64,000 nucleotides of DNA from Macrostomum lignano (lineage: Eukaryota). Position 1 is the first letter of the stretch. Every line of letters starts with the position of its first letter. Under the pieces are notes generated by a model. It saw only the letters and a list, made by a program, of their open reading frames with translations. It ran no database searches and was not told the origin of the DNA. The stretch is taken from NCBI GenBank assembly GCA_002269645.1, contig NIVC01000546.1, forward strand, positions 124,001 through 188,000. Direction: 5' to 3'. Below, piece by piece: positions 1-12,400 of the stretch. Position numbers and translations under genes: made by a program.

Positions 1-648
1 TCTTATCTCTCCTCTCGTCTCTCTCCATTCCACTCTACTCTCTCATCTTATCTTCCCTCTCGTCTCTCTCCACTCTACTCTCTCATTATCTCTCCTCTCT
101 TTTCTACTCTCTCATCTCTCCTCTCTTCACTCTCCTCTCATCTCCTCTTTATCCTCTCTTCTCTCATCTACTCTCTCCTCTTTCCTCTTTCCTCTCTTCT
201 GATCTTATCCATCATCTTTTCTTTCCTCTTTTCTCTAATCTCCTCTTCTCTCTCATCTCTTTTTCCTCCCTCAGCTTTTCTCTCCTCTTCCATCTTTTCT
301 CCCATCGCATCGCTCGCCTCTCCTCTGTTTGCTTATCTCTAATCTTCTATTCCCTCTACTTTGAAGTAAGAAAATATGCACATATTTTTGCTGAAGATAA
401 GAGGAGAGAAGAGGGCATTGAGGAGAAAGGGTAGAGAGAAAGGGGGAGAAGAGAGGAGAGTAAAAATGAGAGGAGAGAGAAGAGGGAAAAGGGGGAGAGA
501 GAGAAGAGGGGAGGCAAGGTAGAGAAGAAGAGAGAGATGAGAGTTGAAGAGACACCAACCTTGCTACTCGTAGTTAGGAAGTTTCAAAGAACCCGAGGGG
601 CGAGGGCCAGATAGAGGGGCTTTGCGAGCCGGAGTTTGCCAACCCCTG
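1..648 (-). mobile_element. End of a hAT/Charlie-like non-autonomous element with CT/GA-rich interior (other end outside the window)
   Basis: Sequence ends ...gagtttgccaacccctg at 648, whose reverse complement caggggttggcaaactc is a Charlie-type TIR. It is followed by ctccagag, resembling a Charlie NTCTAGAN-type target. A 15/17 match with the same organisation occurs at 63263. Confidence 0.5.
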
Positions 649-792
649 CTCCAGAGTTAAAGAAATGACGCGGGCTTCTGATTTCAAAGATCTTGTCTGT
701 GGTTGAAGGCTTCTATTCTGTTTTTGCTCTCCTGCCACACTTGCACCTACTACCCCCTGATTGCCTCTGATTGTGACTTACTTCCCTCTTAT

Positions 793-1618
793 TGCGACTT
801 AGTTGCTTCTTTTTGCGACTTACCTAATCCTTTTTGCGACTTACTTAATCCTTTTTGCGACTTACCTAATCCTTTTGCGACTTACCTAACCCTTTTGCGA
901 CTTACCTAATCCTTTTTGCGACTTACTTAATCCTTTTTGCGACTTACTTAATCCTTTTTGCGACTTACTTAATCCTTTTGCGACTTACCTAACCCTTTGC
1001 GACTTACCTAACCCTTTGTGACTTACCTAATCCTTTTTGCGACTTACCTAATCCTTTTTGCGACTTACTTAATCCTTTTTGCGACTTACCTAATCCTTTT
1101 GCGACTTACCTAACCCTTTTGCGACTTACCTAACCCTTTGTGACTTACCTAACCCGACTTACCTAATCCTTTTTGCGACTTACCTAATCCTTTTTGCGAC
1201 TTACTTAATCCTTTTTGCGACTTACCTAATCCTTTTGCGACTTACCTAACCCTTTTGCGACTTACCTAATCCTTTTTGCGACTTACTTAATCCTTTTTGC
1301 GACTTACTTAATCCTTTTGCGACTTACCTAATCCTTTTTGCGACTTACCTAATCCTTTTTGCGACTTACCTAATCCTTTTGCGACTTAGCTGATCCTTTT
1401 GCGACTTACCTAACCCTTTTGCGACTTACCTAACCCTTTTGTGACTTACCTAACCCTTTTGCGACTTACCTAACCCTTTTGCGACTTAGCTGATCCTTTT
1501 GCGACTTACCTAATCCTTTTTGCGACTTACCTAATCCTTTTTGCGACTTACCTAATCCTTTTGCGACTTACCTGATTCCTGTTGCGACTTACCTGATCCT
1601 TTTTGCGACTTACCTGAT
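793..1618. repeat. Minisatellite, 20-21 bp unit gcgacttacctaatccttttt
   Basis: Direct tandem repetition; the minus strand carries AG|GTAAGT in most units. Confidence 0.95.
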
Positions 1619-3344
1619 TATTTTTACAACTTAGTTTGCTTCTTTTGCGAATTGTTTTTCTTTTGCTTCACCATTTTCCCTGAACTGCTCTTTCTTTCGC
1701 TTTCCTCTTGCCTTTCTTGGTTCTTGTGTTTTTCTGTTTTTGGTTGACTCAATTTTGCGACTTACCCCTGGTCAGCCACGATTTACGGTGGCCGAATCGG
1801 CCAGGTCGGCCAGCAGTTGCGCATGTATGTTCAGAAGTTTTTTTCAAATTCAAATCTTTTAAGTTTGCACTACACAGGGTAGTAGTGACATAGCAATGTC
1901 ACATGTCTCACAAGTCTTGCTATTAGCAAGCACATGGTGCATCACCAGGGTCCAAATTGTGTAGTAGTGTATGTGGGAACAAGAATCTTATCTTAGTTAA
2001 ATGTATGCTAGTATATGCCAAAAACAAAAAATTCCCTAAAATTTATGCCAGAAATTCCTCCTAAAAAGGTCATTCGGTTTTAATGAGTAGAGTTTTCTAA
2101 GAAAGGCATTTGTATAAAAAGTCTTTTTAAATATTATAAATATTTTCATTTTAAACAAACTTAAATTAAACCTACAGAAAAATAAATGCAAAATTAACAT
2201 TTTTGGCAATAATTTATATTAATTTTATTTATTGTTAATTTTAAAAAAGCAAAAAGTTTATCAATGACTTTCTAAAATATACAAATTTTCCTTTATTTTA
2301 TGTAAAAAGGTTAATTTACATTACAATTTTCATGCATGGCATGAATTTATTTACCACAATTAGTGCGCCAAAAAAATTGGCATGAATTTATGTGCCAAAA
2401 TTTGTATGTCAAAAAAATTGCATGAATTTGTATGCCAAAATTTGTATGCCAACTTTAAAAAGGGTCATTTGTATGCTGGAATTTTCTGGCATACATGTAA
2501 CCTTCCAGAGTCTAGGTGCATTGCTATCCATCACATGGCTTTGTTGACATTAGGCACCAGAGCAACTAACCCTCAATGGTTCACATCAAGGTCACACAGC
2601 ATTATGTTCTTGATGAATTCAATTACAGGAACAATAGATTGTGGCACTCAGGGTTGGCTAGGCCTAGTCATACTCAGACTTAGACTTTAAAGTCAAAAAG
2701 GGATTAAAATAATTTAGAGCAAGAAACTAAAAGATTACCCTTTGCTCTTTCCTTTGTTCTGCTTTTTAATTAGCTTAGGCTAGCCTACTTTTTAAAATAA
2801 ATTTTAAGAACCAAAAAAGAATGAAAAACAATTTGCTAACATAGTGGCATTGGCATATTATTGATATAGAGTAGCCTATACTGGCAAGAGTTTTTATTTT
2901 TGCCTAATTATTTGTTGCTTTACTTTTCTTAGAATTTAGTGCTTTAAATTTCCTTGGCTTGATTTTTAATTTCATATTTTTAGCTTTATAAAAACTTACA
3001 GCTACTAGTTGTAAAATATAAAGATGGAAACCTATTCTTGCCTAAAGCAATAGTTCAGAAGACTCTATATGTACCCCAGAAAAAAATGACCAATTTTTTG
3101 GTAAATGCCAATATATGCCAAATACATTACCTCTGCAAAACTTAATCTTGTCAATATTAAATGGTACTAGACTAGTGACTTTGATATTTAATTTCAATTA
3201 CATAAATTTAAAAACTAAAAATAATAATTATATTTGCATAATGTTTTGTATATATATACAGAACAAAAGCTAAAACACATTAAAGATAAAATCATAAATT
3301 ATAATGCATCTTTTTCAAGCCACTTCAATCAAGGCACCTGTGCC

Positions 3345-3482
3345 ATGGATGATAATGCATTAGCATCAGTGCCCAAGAAGAATGCATCAACCATAGAAAA
3401 GCGTATGAAGCTTACAAATGGATCAATTGCTGGCACAAATGCAGATTCTGCAATTGCTACTTCTGAGGAAGCAGAAAATGAT
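3345..3482 (+). CDS. PHRF1: PHRF1-like putative first coding exon (MDDNALASV...EEAEND)
   Basis: gccATGg Kozak context, donor gat|gttagt in phase 0 matching the next exon; no homology support. Confidence 0.5.
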
Positions 3483-6400
3483 GTTAGTAATGGTTGTGTT
3501 TCTTTTTTCTCACAGCCTCAATGGCATAGAGAGTGACAGTTAGGTTTGAAAGATGTGACAATCAGTGGGTCAGGAGTGGCAGTCAGTAGTTCAGTCAGAG
3601 GGAGTGGCAGTGGGTCAGGAGTGGCAGTCAGTGCATCAGGAGTGGCCATCAGTGGTTCAGAAGTGACAGTCGGTGTATCAGGAGTGTCAGTCAGTGGGTC
3701 AAGAGTGGCAGTCAGTGGGTCAGGAGTGGCAGTCAGTGGGTCAGGAGTGGCAGTCAGTGGGTCAGGAGTGGCAGTCAGTGGGTCAGGTGTAACAGTCAGT
3801 GGGTCAGGAGTGGCAGTCAGGTGTGACAGTCAGTGGGTCAGGTGTGACAGTCAGTGGGTCAGGTGTGACAGTCAGTGGGTCAGGAGTGACAGTCAGTGGG
3901 TCAGGAGTGACAGTCAGTGGGTCAGGAGTGGCAGTCAGTGGGTCAGGTGTGACAGTCAGTGGGTCAGGTGTGACAGTCAGTGGGTCAGGAGTGACAGTCA
4001 GTGGGTCAGGAGTGACAGTCAGTGTGTCAGGAGTGGCAGTCAGTGGGTCAGGAGTGGCAGTCAGTGGGTCAGGTGTGACAGTCAGTGGATCCGACCCTAT
4101 CCCAGCCCATCCCCACTCATTTGCTCGCACAGCCGCACACCTGCCCGCTGTGCCTCCGGCCGCTCGGTCAGCGCGAGGAGTGCTGCCATGCCGACACCTG
4201 CCCGCCCAGGCGGCGGCACAATTTCCACCTGGCCTGCCTGCTCAGCCACGTGGAGCGGCGCCGTGCCGCTGGCGACAGCGAATTTCGCTGCCCGGCGCCC
4301 GCCTGCAAGTCGGAGCCGCCGGCCGCTGCCGTCAACATTCGCTGCCGGCCAGGCGGCAAAGTCATCGACCAGGTGCCGCTGGCGGGCTCCGGCTGCTGCT
4401 TTGCCTGCCCCATCTGTCATGAGGTTGGCTTGCGCTTTCTTTGTGGGGTGCTTTCACAAACCCGAAACTTCACATTCCTCAAGACTCGAATTCACAACCT
4501 CCATACTTCACAATTCACATTGCCCACAACTACTTAAAGTGCATGCGTAAAAACTGAGAGTTGTGAAAATGCCTGCATTGAAATTGGGTGTTGTGAAGAA
4601 TTTCGGGTTTGTGAAGTTTCGGGCTTGTAAAGTTTCAGGCATTGTGAATTTTCGGATTTGTAAAGCTTTGGGTTTTTGAAATTTCGGGTTCGTGAAAGAG
4701 CTTTAAGACAACAATCTGTGGGAAGTAAAATTACTGATTGTGAAATGTAAAACACTTCGCAGTGAAATTATACTGTAAAGCGCATATGACTTTGCCTACT
4801 TGCAGTAGCCACGTTTGAAAATGTTTCCAATTGAATTCTATTCACCTATTCAAGGTGATTGCGGGCGAAGTTGCTCGACCCAGCGACTGTCGGCACGCCT
4901 TCTGCTTAGATTGCCTGCAGCGCTGGTGCCTGGCCTCCAACACCTGTCCATTGGATCGGCGCCCATTCAGCCACCTGCTGGTGGCGCCACGCTTTGGCGT
5001 CGGCGCGCGAGCCCGTAAAGTGCCCGCCCCGGCGCCACTGCCCGCTCCGCCGCCTGGCGCCGACGGCGAGGCCGACGATTTTCCGATCTTAGACGACGTC
5101 TGCGCTGTCTGCTTCCAGGGTGCGTGGGGAATCACCCCTCTGTGAAGAAGAATCGTGCCTCCATAAAAATCGCCTCTCTACGTAGAAAAATCGCCCCTAA
5201 ATTCAGAAAAATCGCCCCTACATTTAGAAAAATCGCCCCTCTATTTACAAAAAATCGCCCCTCTATTTACAAAAAATCGCCCCTCTATTTACAAAAAATC
5301 GCCCCTCTATTTACAAAAAATCGCCCCTTTACATCTACGAATAATAACCCAGAGTAGTTCTCGAATCAAAGATGAAATCGACTTGAGTACTTTTGCTGCC
5401 TCCATGTGCCTTGATTAATTGATCAGTTGAATCAATCGAAACGTGCAACAATTCTCTTAGGCGACCGCGAGGACCAGCTGTTGCTGTGCGACGGCTGCGA
5501 CACGGCCTACCACACCGACTGCCTGACTCCGCCGCTGTCGCGCGTCCCCGCTGGCCGCTGGTTCTGCCCGGACTGCCGGCGCGATCGTCGGGCCAACGGC
5601 GGCCGGCTTCGATGGCGACCCCTGGGCGATCAGCCGGCGGCGCTTCGGCGAACCCGGAGCTCGCTGGCTGCGGAGGCCTCGGCTGCTGCCGACGCCGGAC
5701 CCGCCGACGATACGGCCGTCTCGCTACCGTCCTACACGTCTGACGAAGCTGACGAAGACAGCTCAGTGCCGTCGTCTTCTTCGGCGGCTGGTTCAACAGC
5801 AGACTCCTCATCTGTGGATGATGAAGATGATGATGAGGAAGATGAGGAGGCTGACGGAGATGACAGCGAGTCTGGCGAAAATTCCGACTCCGCCAGCAGC
5901 ATAGACATCAGCTTCCTTCGCGAGCCGCTTCCCAGCCCGGCTGCTTCTGGCGACAAAGTCGAAGATGACGACGCCGATAGCATCGACATCAGCTTCCTGT
6001 ACGAGCCGCTGCCGGCGGCGTCGGTTGCGTCGACGTCCAGGGCGACTGGCGGCGCTGCCGGCAAACGACAACGACGTCGACGGAGCGCTGGTAAACGGAA
6101 GAAGGGGAAGAAGAGCAAAGCGAAGTCGAAGAAGGCTCCGGTTAGTACTGCCGTATTGAGATACTAAAGCACTACTCCAGACCTCTGTTAGCTGTCAAAT
6201 CTTGAGCAAAGACTTACGGGCAAAGTTCACATTGGAGGGCTGAATAATGCCAAGTACAACTACTGGCACAAAGCCCGGTATGAAATCAGATGCTTTGATT
6301 AAAATACTCGTAGATCCACATTCATTAGAGGTCAGGAAACAGCAATGGCTTCAATAAATTTGATTGCTGTTGCAAACTGGTGGGTTGCCACACGAAGGCC

Positions 6401-9400
6401 GGTGGATGCTAAGATGCACATCTAGCGCGCCCCTCCTATCTAGCGACTAGCCTCATATTTTGGACCCGTAGCCTCGAGAATATTCTAAATCACCAAAATA
6501 CCCTTCAAACATCCGCTTTGTAAATCATTATTGTTATTTTGATGTCATGAATGAAGCAGTACTCGAGGATTGACATTTTGATATTAACATTTCTACGAGC
6601 TAGTTGTTCATTAATCTCGAAAAAAACTTAGGCAAAGCGTCGGAAAACCAAGACGACTAAAAAGCGTCAATCAACGGCAAAGACCGGTCGGAAGAGTAAA
6701 AACAGCAAGCGCCGCTTGACTGCTCGGGACAAGCGGCTACTCAGGCACATGGACCGGGTGCAGGCTGCCGATCCTCAGGCCTGGCAGGCCCGATTTGAGA
6801 AGCGAATGACGTTCTACAGGGATACGTCTGCAATGCGGCTCTGCCTCACCGGCGAGGACTATCCTATCAGTCTGGTTAGCACAGTGGACTCGGCTTTAGC
6901 CAATGGGCGAGCCGCTAGGTGAGCTATCCTAAGCAAGCTATTGATAATGTTATTGCTATACTTTAATTAGTTTGTTGGCAAAGGGAAGCAATATATATTT
7001 AAATGAAAATTTTAGGCCAGTTAACTATTACTTATTCATAATATATGCTTATAAAACCGTTTTCTACTGTTCTTACGTACTTTAACGTACGATTCAACCC
7101 GTTGAAAACGTTACCGTGACCAGAATCGCTAAAGCGTCATTGCGAAACAACTCTTTAGTGACTCTAGCCGACTCTGGGCCTAGGTACCGTTTTCATAGGG
7201 CAAAGAGAACTCTTGAGGAAAAAAGACGAAACACGTGTCACAATAATTGGTTTACCGAAAATAAGATTTCAGTAAAAAAACTCTTATTTAACATTTGAGG
7301 TAGTGAGGTAGTAAGATTAATGAATTTTAATTCTTAAACTTACTTAATTAAAAACTCAGTTAATTTAGCCTCAATTAATTAGTGAGTTTTTAATTCTTTT
7401 TTTCTATACAAAAGCCTTTCTGCTTCTAACGTCAGTGAAACACGTCACTAATTTTTACACATGCATATGAAACTACTAAAGTAAATATTGACCAAAATTA
7501 GAAATACCAAGCTTTCATTGTGACTCTAAACTGAAGTGTAAGGAGAGTAAAATGTAAATATAAATTCTTTATCACAAAAAATGCTTAACAAAAGTTTTCA
7601 CAAAGTTTCGAGGCGATAGAGCTAGCAGATTTTAAGTGTTATTTATTTATTTATTTAATTAATATTTATTTGTCAAATATCTTACAGAATAAATGTTTTA
7701 TCTCGATATGCATTTCCCCAGGGAACATGAGCTTTTAAAAATTTACCAACATACTTCTCTCAGTTATGTGAACAGACGTGAAAATAGGTTTTATAAAGAA
7801 AAGTTTTTTTCTTCTAATTTTATTAATGTTTTAATGTTATTATGTTTCAAAGCACACATAAGCTGATTACTATCCTCCAGAAAGAATTAACGAATAATTT
7901 GAAATTTTCCGTAAATTTTCCGGGTTTGTTATTATTATTTTTAGGATATTTAAAAACCTTTTTTGCTAGTGCGCGCTTTACCACATTAGCCGTTAGCGCT
8001 ATTGCGAGCTTGCAGTCTGAGTTAACTTTTCAGTTAATGCTGACGCATGATATATACAGGCCTATCAAAATGATAATTTCTGGAAAATCTGATTAAATTT
8101 TTTTTCACGAACTAAGTGTTGGTAAATTTAAAATGTTTCATTTTAAGAACCACGCTTCCCGATGTTATCATGCTGATAAGTCATCAGTATGCGACTAGAC
8201 TAGGGCCTAGTCAGAGTACAAGAAACAAGGTGTGCAATGCATCTGGGAGCATTAGTCTTAGGTCTATCTAAATAAATCTGAACTACTATAGATAAATGAT
8301 GAAATTTTTAGTTTTTGGCAAATTTAGATTCAGAAACAGTGTGTATGTGTAGAACCTTTACCTTTAACTTTAAGGCCTATTTTGACCTTGTTCGTGGTCT
8401 GACTAGGCCCTTGGCTCTTATGAATAATGTCAATGATAAAAAGATTCACTTGAGCATGTTTTAGTAGACCTTATGTAGGTTATCAAAGCTGAAGTCTAAA
8501 TTATATAATTATAAAATTGAGCTTTGAATATTTGATAAAAGAGTAGGACCAAATTTTTAGGGGGCCTATTATTAAATATTTGTCATATACCCAAGATATA
8601 AAAATCATGATGAATATTTATAAATAAAGTATTGACAATGTATTAACTGTTAAATAAATTCTAAAATGTTTAGGCCTAGTTCAAATATTTTATTATTTAA
8701 TTGCTAAATTAATTGCAATAATAAACCATTGGCATTAATAATATTATTATTAAATAAGGGTCTTGGCCTATTAATATTTGATTTGACTTGACATTAATTA
8801 ATAGTTTATTGTTAGCCTAGGTAGTATTATTAGTACTAACTAGTATATTATTTTAATTTTAACATGTTGCTTTGCCTTTGTGCATACATAGAATAAGGTA
8901 ATCATATCTATACCATATATTAAAATTGTTTGTTTGAACATCCATATGCAATTCATTTTTAGCAAAAATGGCTTAACTAATTTTCTTCAAACTTGCTCTA
9001 ATCAATTAGAAATTTTCTTGCAATAGTACATGTCTTGGCAAAGAAATTTCTTAATTCTAAAGGAAATAATTTTTTCATTATATTTATAGTTATTTCTAGT
9101 CATTGATCAGTTAAATAAAGTATTTCTGAACTTTTAAAATTAATAGGCCTAATTTAAGCCAAAAAATTGAATATATGCCATATAAGGAGCCTAAATGTTG
9201 ATTTTTTCAAATTATATATTTGAATTTAACTCATATCTGAACGCAAAATTGAAAATATTTAGATAAATCTTGAAAAATCTTTTGTATTGTGCTTAAATTT
9301 AAAAGAAACTGTATACTTATGGCAACATCATAAATATTACTTCTTATTTGCATAATAAAATAAGTCTAAGATAATCTATTCATAGTCTTACCACATCTCA

Positions 9401-12400
9401 AATTAGTATTAAACTTCAAATTTACGAGTTGTTAATATTTTAATGTGTAAAAATGCATTATAAGCACAAGACCTTAAACTGAATCAACAAAAAATGTTTG
9501 GCTTTGGCTCATCGATAGCAAATAGTTCCAAGATTAATAAAGCTATTTAAAACTACACAAGCAAACTTGGATTTTTCTTGGATTTATTACTATTTCTGAA
9601 AGTCCTGATTTTTCTTCACAGGCATATCTAATAGCTACTATGCGTAAATATTTTAGTAATTTTACCATAATTGCTATACTATCTCTGAATATAATTGTCA
9701 TTTTGACAACACAACTTTTCTTACCAAGGGCTTTTTAATACCTTGAATTCTAAACAAAACCTACCTGTTCTCCTTTATTACTTTTTCTTCTTTTTAGCAA
9801 AGCCCGCACCCCAGAGCCGGAACAGCCCACTGAACAGTTCGACATTGGTCAAATCTTGCACGATCAGGACCTGCACTTGGCGCCGGCGCATTGCAAAACT
9901 ATTAAAAATAACAAAGAGGTCTGGACTGAGCAAGGCCGCCTGTGGTACCTGCGACAGCAACGCGGCCAACTCATGGCTGCCGCTAACAATCACCGCTCCG
10001 CTTCTGTGAAGTCCCCCCCGTCAGCCGCTGCGCCGCCGGTGACGCCTCCATCCCCCGCCACTCCGCCTCCCTCCTCTGCTTCCACTAAAAAAACTGTCAA
10101 CAACAATGCTGACAAATTTGCTGAGGACGATGAGATGGATATTGAAGAGCTGCCGCAGGTGACCAGCTTTCGCACCTGGACTCCTAGCGCTCCGTCTGCT
10201 CAGCAAGTGCTGCATCCTCATCATCAGCCGCCACCGCCGCATCGTCCTCCGTTTAACTTGGACTATTCTCGACCTCCGCCTCCTCTCCCGCTGCTCCGGC
10301 CGCCGCTGCCGCCGCCCCCTCCGCCGCCACCGCCTCCGCCACCGCCTCCGCCACCGCCTCCACCAGCCGAGCAGCAGCAGCAGCTCAGCGTCAGCGACCG
10401 CCTAGCCAATGGCTGCTTCCTCCCGACTGGCGCTCGCATTGCAGTTATCGGCACTAATAACACCAATAATAATAGTAATAGTAACACTAATAATAGCTCT
10501 TTCTCGGCAGCAGCAACAAAAACGATATTGGAGCAGCAGCTGCCGTCTTCGTCGCATCGCTCACCGTCGGAGCCGTCGCCAACGGGGCCGGGTCTGTCTG
10601 GAACTCGCCGAGCAGAATTCGCCAGCAAAGCGGATTGGCATGAGAGAATAGCGGCTGAGGTCAAGCTGACGCTAAGGCCGTATTATATCTCTAGGCGCAT
10701 AGACAAGGCCGATTATAAACAGTTGTTGAAGAAGGCCGTTACTAAGGTTAGTTATTGTGTTGTTCTCCCATAGCGATATAGACAGGGGTGCCCACCACAC
10801 GAGACAGTTGCGCCCACCAAGAGACAGAAGCACCCATCAAGAGACAGGGGCGCCCACCAAGAGACAGGGGCGCCCACCAAGAGACAGAAGCACCCATCAA
10901 GAGACAGGGGCGCCCACCAAGAGACAGGGGCGCCCACCAAGATATAGGGGTTGTTCATCAAGAGCCGGGTTTTCCACCAAGAGACGGGTTGTCCACCAAG
11001 AGACGGATTTTCCACCAAGAGACGGGTTTTCCATCAAGAGCCGGGTTTTCCACCAAGAGACGGGTTGTCCACCAAGAGACGGATTTTCCACCAAGAGACG
11101 GGTTTTCCACCAAGAGACGGGTTGTCCACCAAGAGACGGGTTGTCCACCAAGAGCCGGGTTTTCCACCAAGAGACGGGTTTTCCACCAAGAGACGGGTTG
11201 TCCACCAAGAGACGGGTTTTCCACCAAGAGACGGGTTTTCCACCAAGAGCCGGGTTTTCCACCAAGAGACGGGTTTTCCACCAAGAGCCGGGTTTTCCAC
11301 CAAGAGACGGGTTTCCCACCAAGAGACGGGCTTTCCACCAAGAGACGGGTTTTCCATCAAGAGCCGGGTTTTCCACCAAGAGACGGGCTTTCCACCAAGA
11401 GACGGGCTTTCCACCAAGAGACGGGTTTTCCACCAAGAGACGGGTTTTCCACCAAGAGACGGGTTTTCCACCAAGAGACAGAAGCACCCATCAAGAGACG
11501 GGTTTTCCACCAAGAGACAGAAGCACCCATCAAGAGACAGGGGCGCCCACAAAGATATAGGGGTTGTTCATCAAGAGCCGGGTTTTCCACCAAGAGACGG
11601 GTTGTCCACCAAGAGACGGGTTTTCCACCAAGAGACGGGTTTTCCACCAAGAGACAGAAGCACCCATCAAGAGACGGGTTTTCCACCAAGAGACAGAAGC
11701 ACCCATCAAGAGACGGGTTTTCCACCAAGAGACAGAAGCACCCATCAAGAGACGGGTTTTCCACCAAGAGACAGAAGCACCCATTAAGAGACAGGGGCGC
11801 CCACAAAGATATAGGGGTTGTTCATCAAGAGCCGGGTTTTCCACCAAGAGACGGGTTTTCCACCAAGAGCCGGGTTTTCCATCAAGAGACGGGTTTTCCA
11901 CCAAGAGCCGGGTTTTCCACCAAGAGCCGGGTTTTCCACCAAGAGACGGGTTTCCCACCAAGAGACGGGTTTTCCACCAAGAGCCGGGTTTTCCACCAAG
12001 AGACGGGCTTTCCACCAAGAGACGGGTTTTCCACCAAGAGACGGGTTTTCCACCAAGAGACGGGTTGTCCATCAAGAGCCGGGTTTTCCATCAAGAGCCG
12101 GGTTTTCCACCAAGAGACGGGCTTTCCACCAAGAGACGGGTTGTTTACCAAGAGTCAGGTCTGCCCGCCAAGAGACGGTGCCGCCCAAGAAGAGACAGGG
12201 GCGCCCACTAAGAGACAAGGGCACCCACCAAGAGACGGGGGCGCCAATTTGCTCTTCCAGAGAACCGGAGCGCCCACGACCTACCTAGAAGATTAGTGGC
12301 GCCCATATAGGGTGCTCCTTAGGATTGCGGTGACCCTCCAGTTAGAATTCCTGTATACAACACCCCTTGAGTCAGTAGTGTTTGATAAAAAAGGAATGTT

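Noticed and set aside
3546-4550. 334-aa and 207-aa Ser/Gly/Val repeat ORFs
   Set aside because: Produced by a 21-bp intronic array; only 4133-4423 has protein-like content.
8202-8411. 14-bp perfect inverted repeat agggcctagtcaga...tctgactaggccct (possible MITE)
   Set aside because: No target-site duplication and no second copy in the window.
10757-12296. Many long ORFs (up to 502 aa), including a possible PHRF1 last exon starting VCPPRDG
   Set aside because: They are translations of the 19-20 bp array; the exon at 16031-16138 completes the SRI domain far better.
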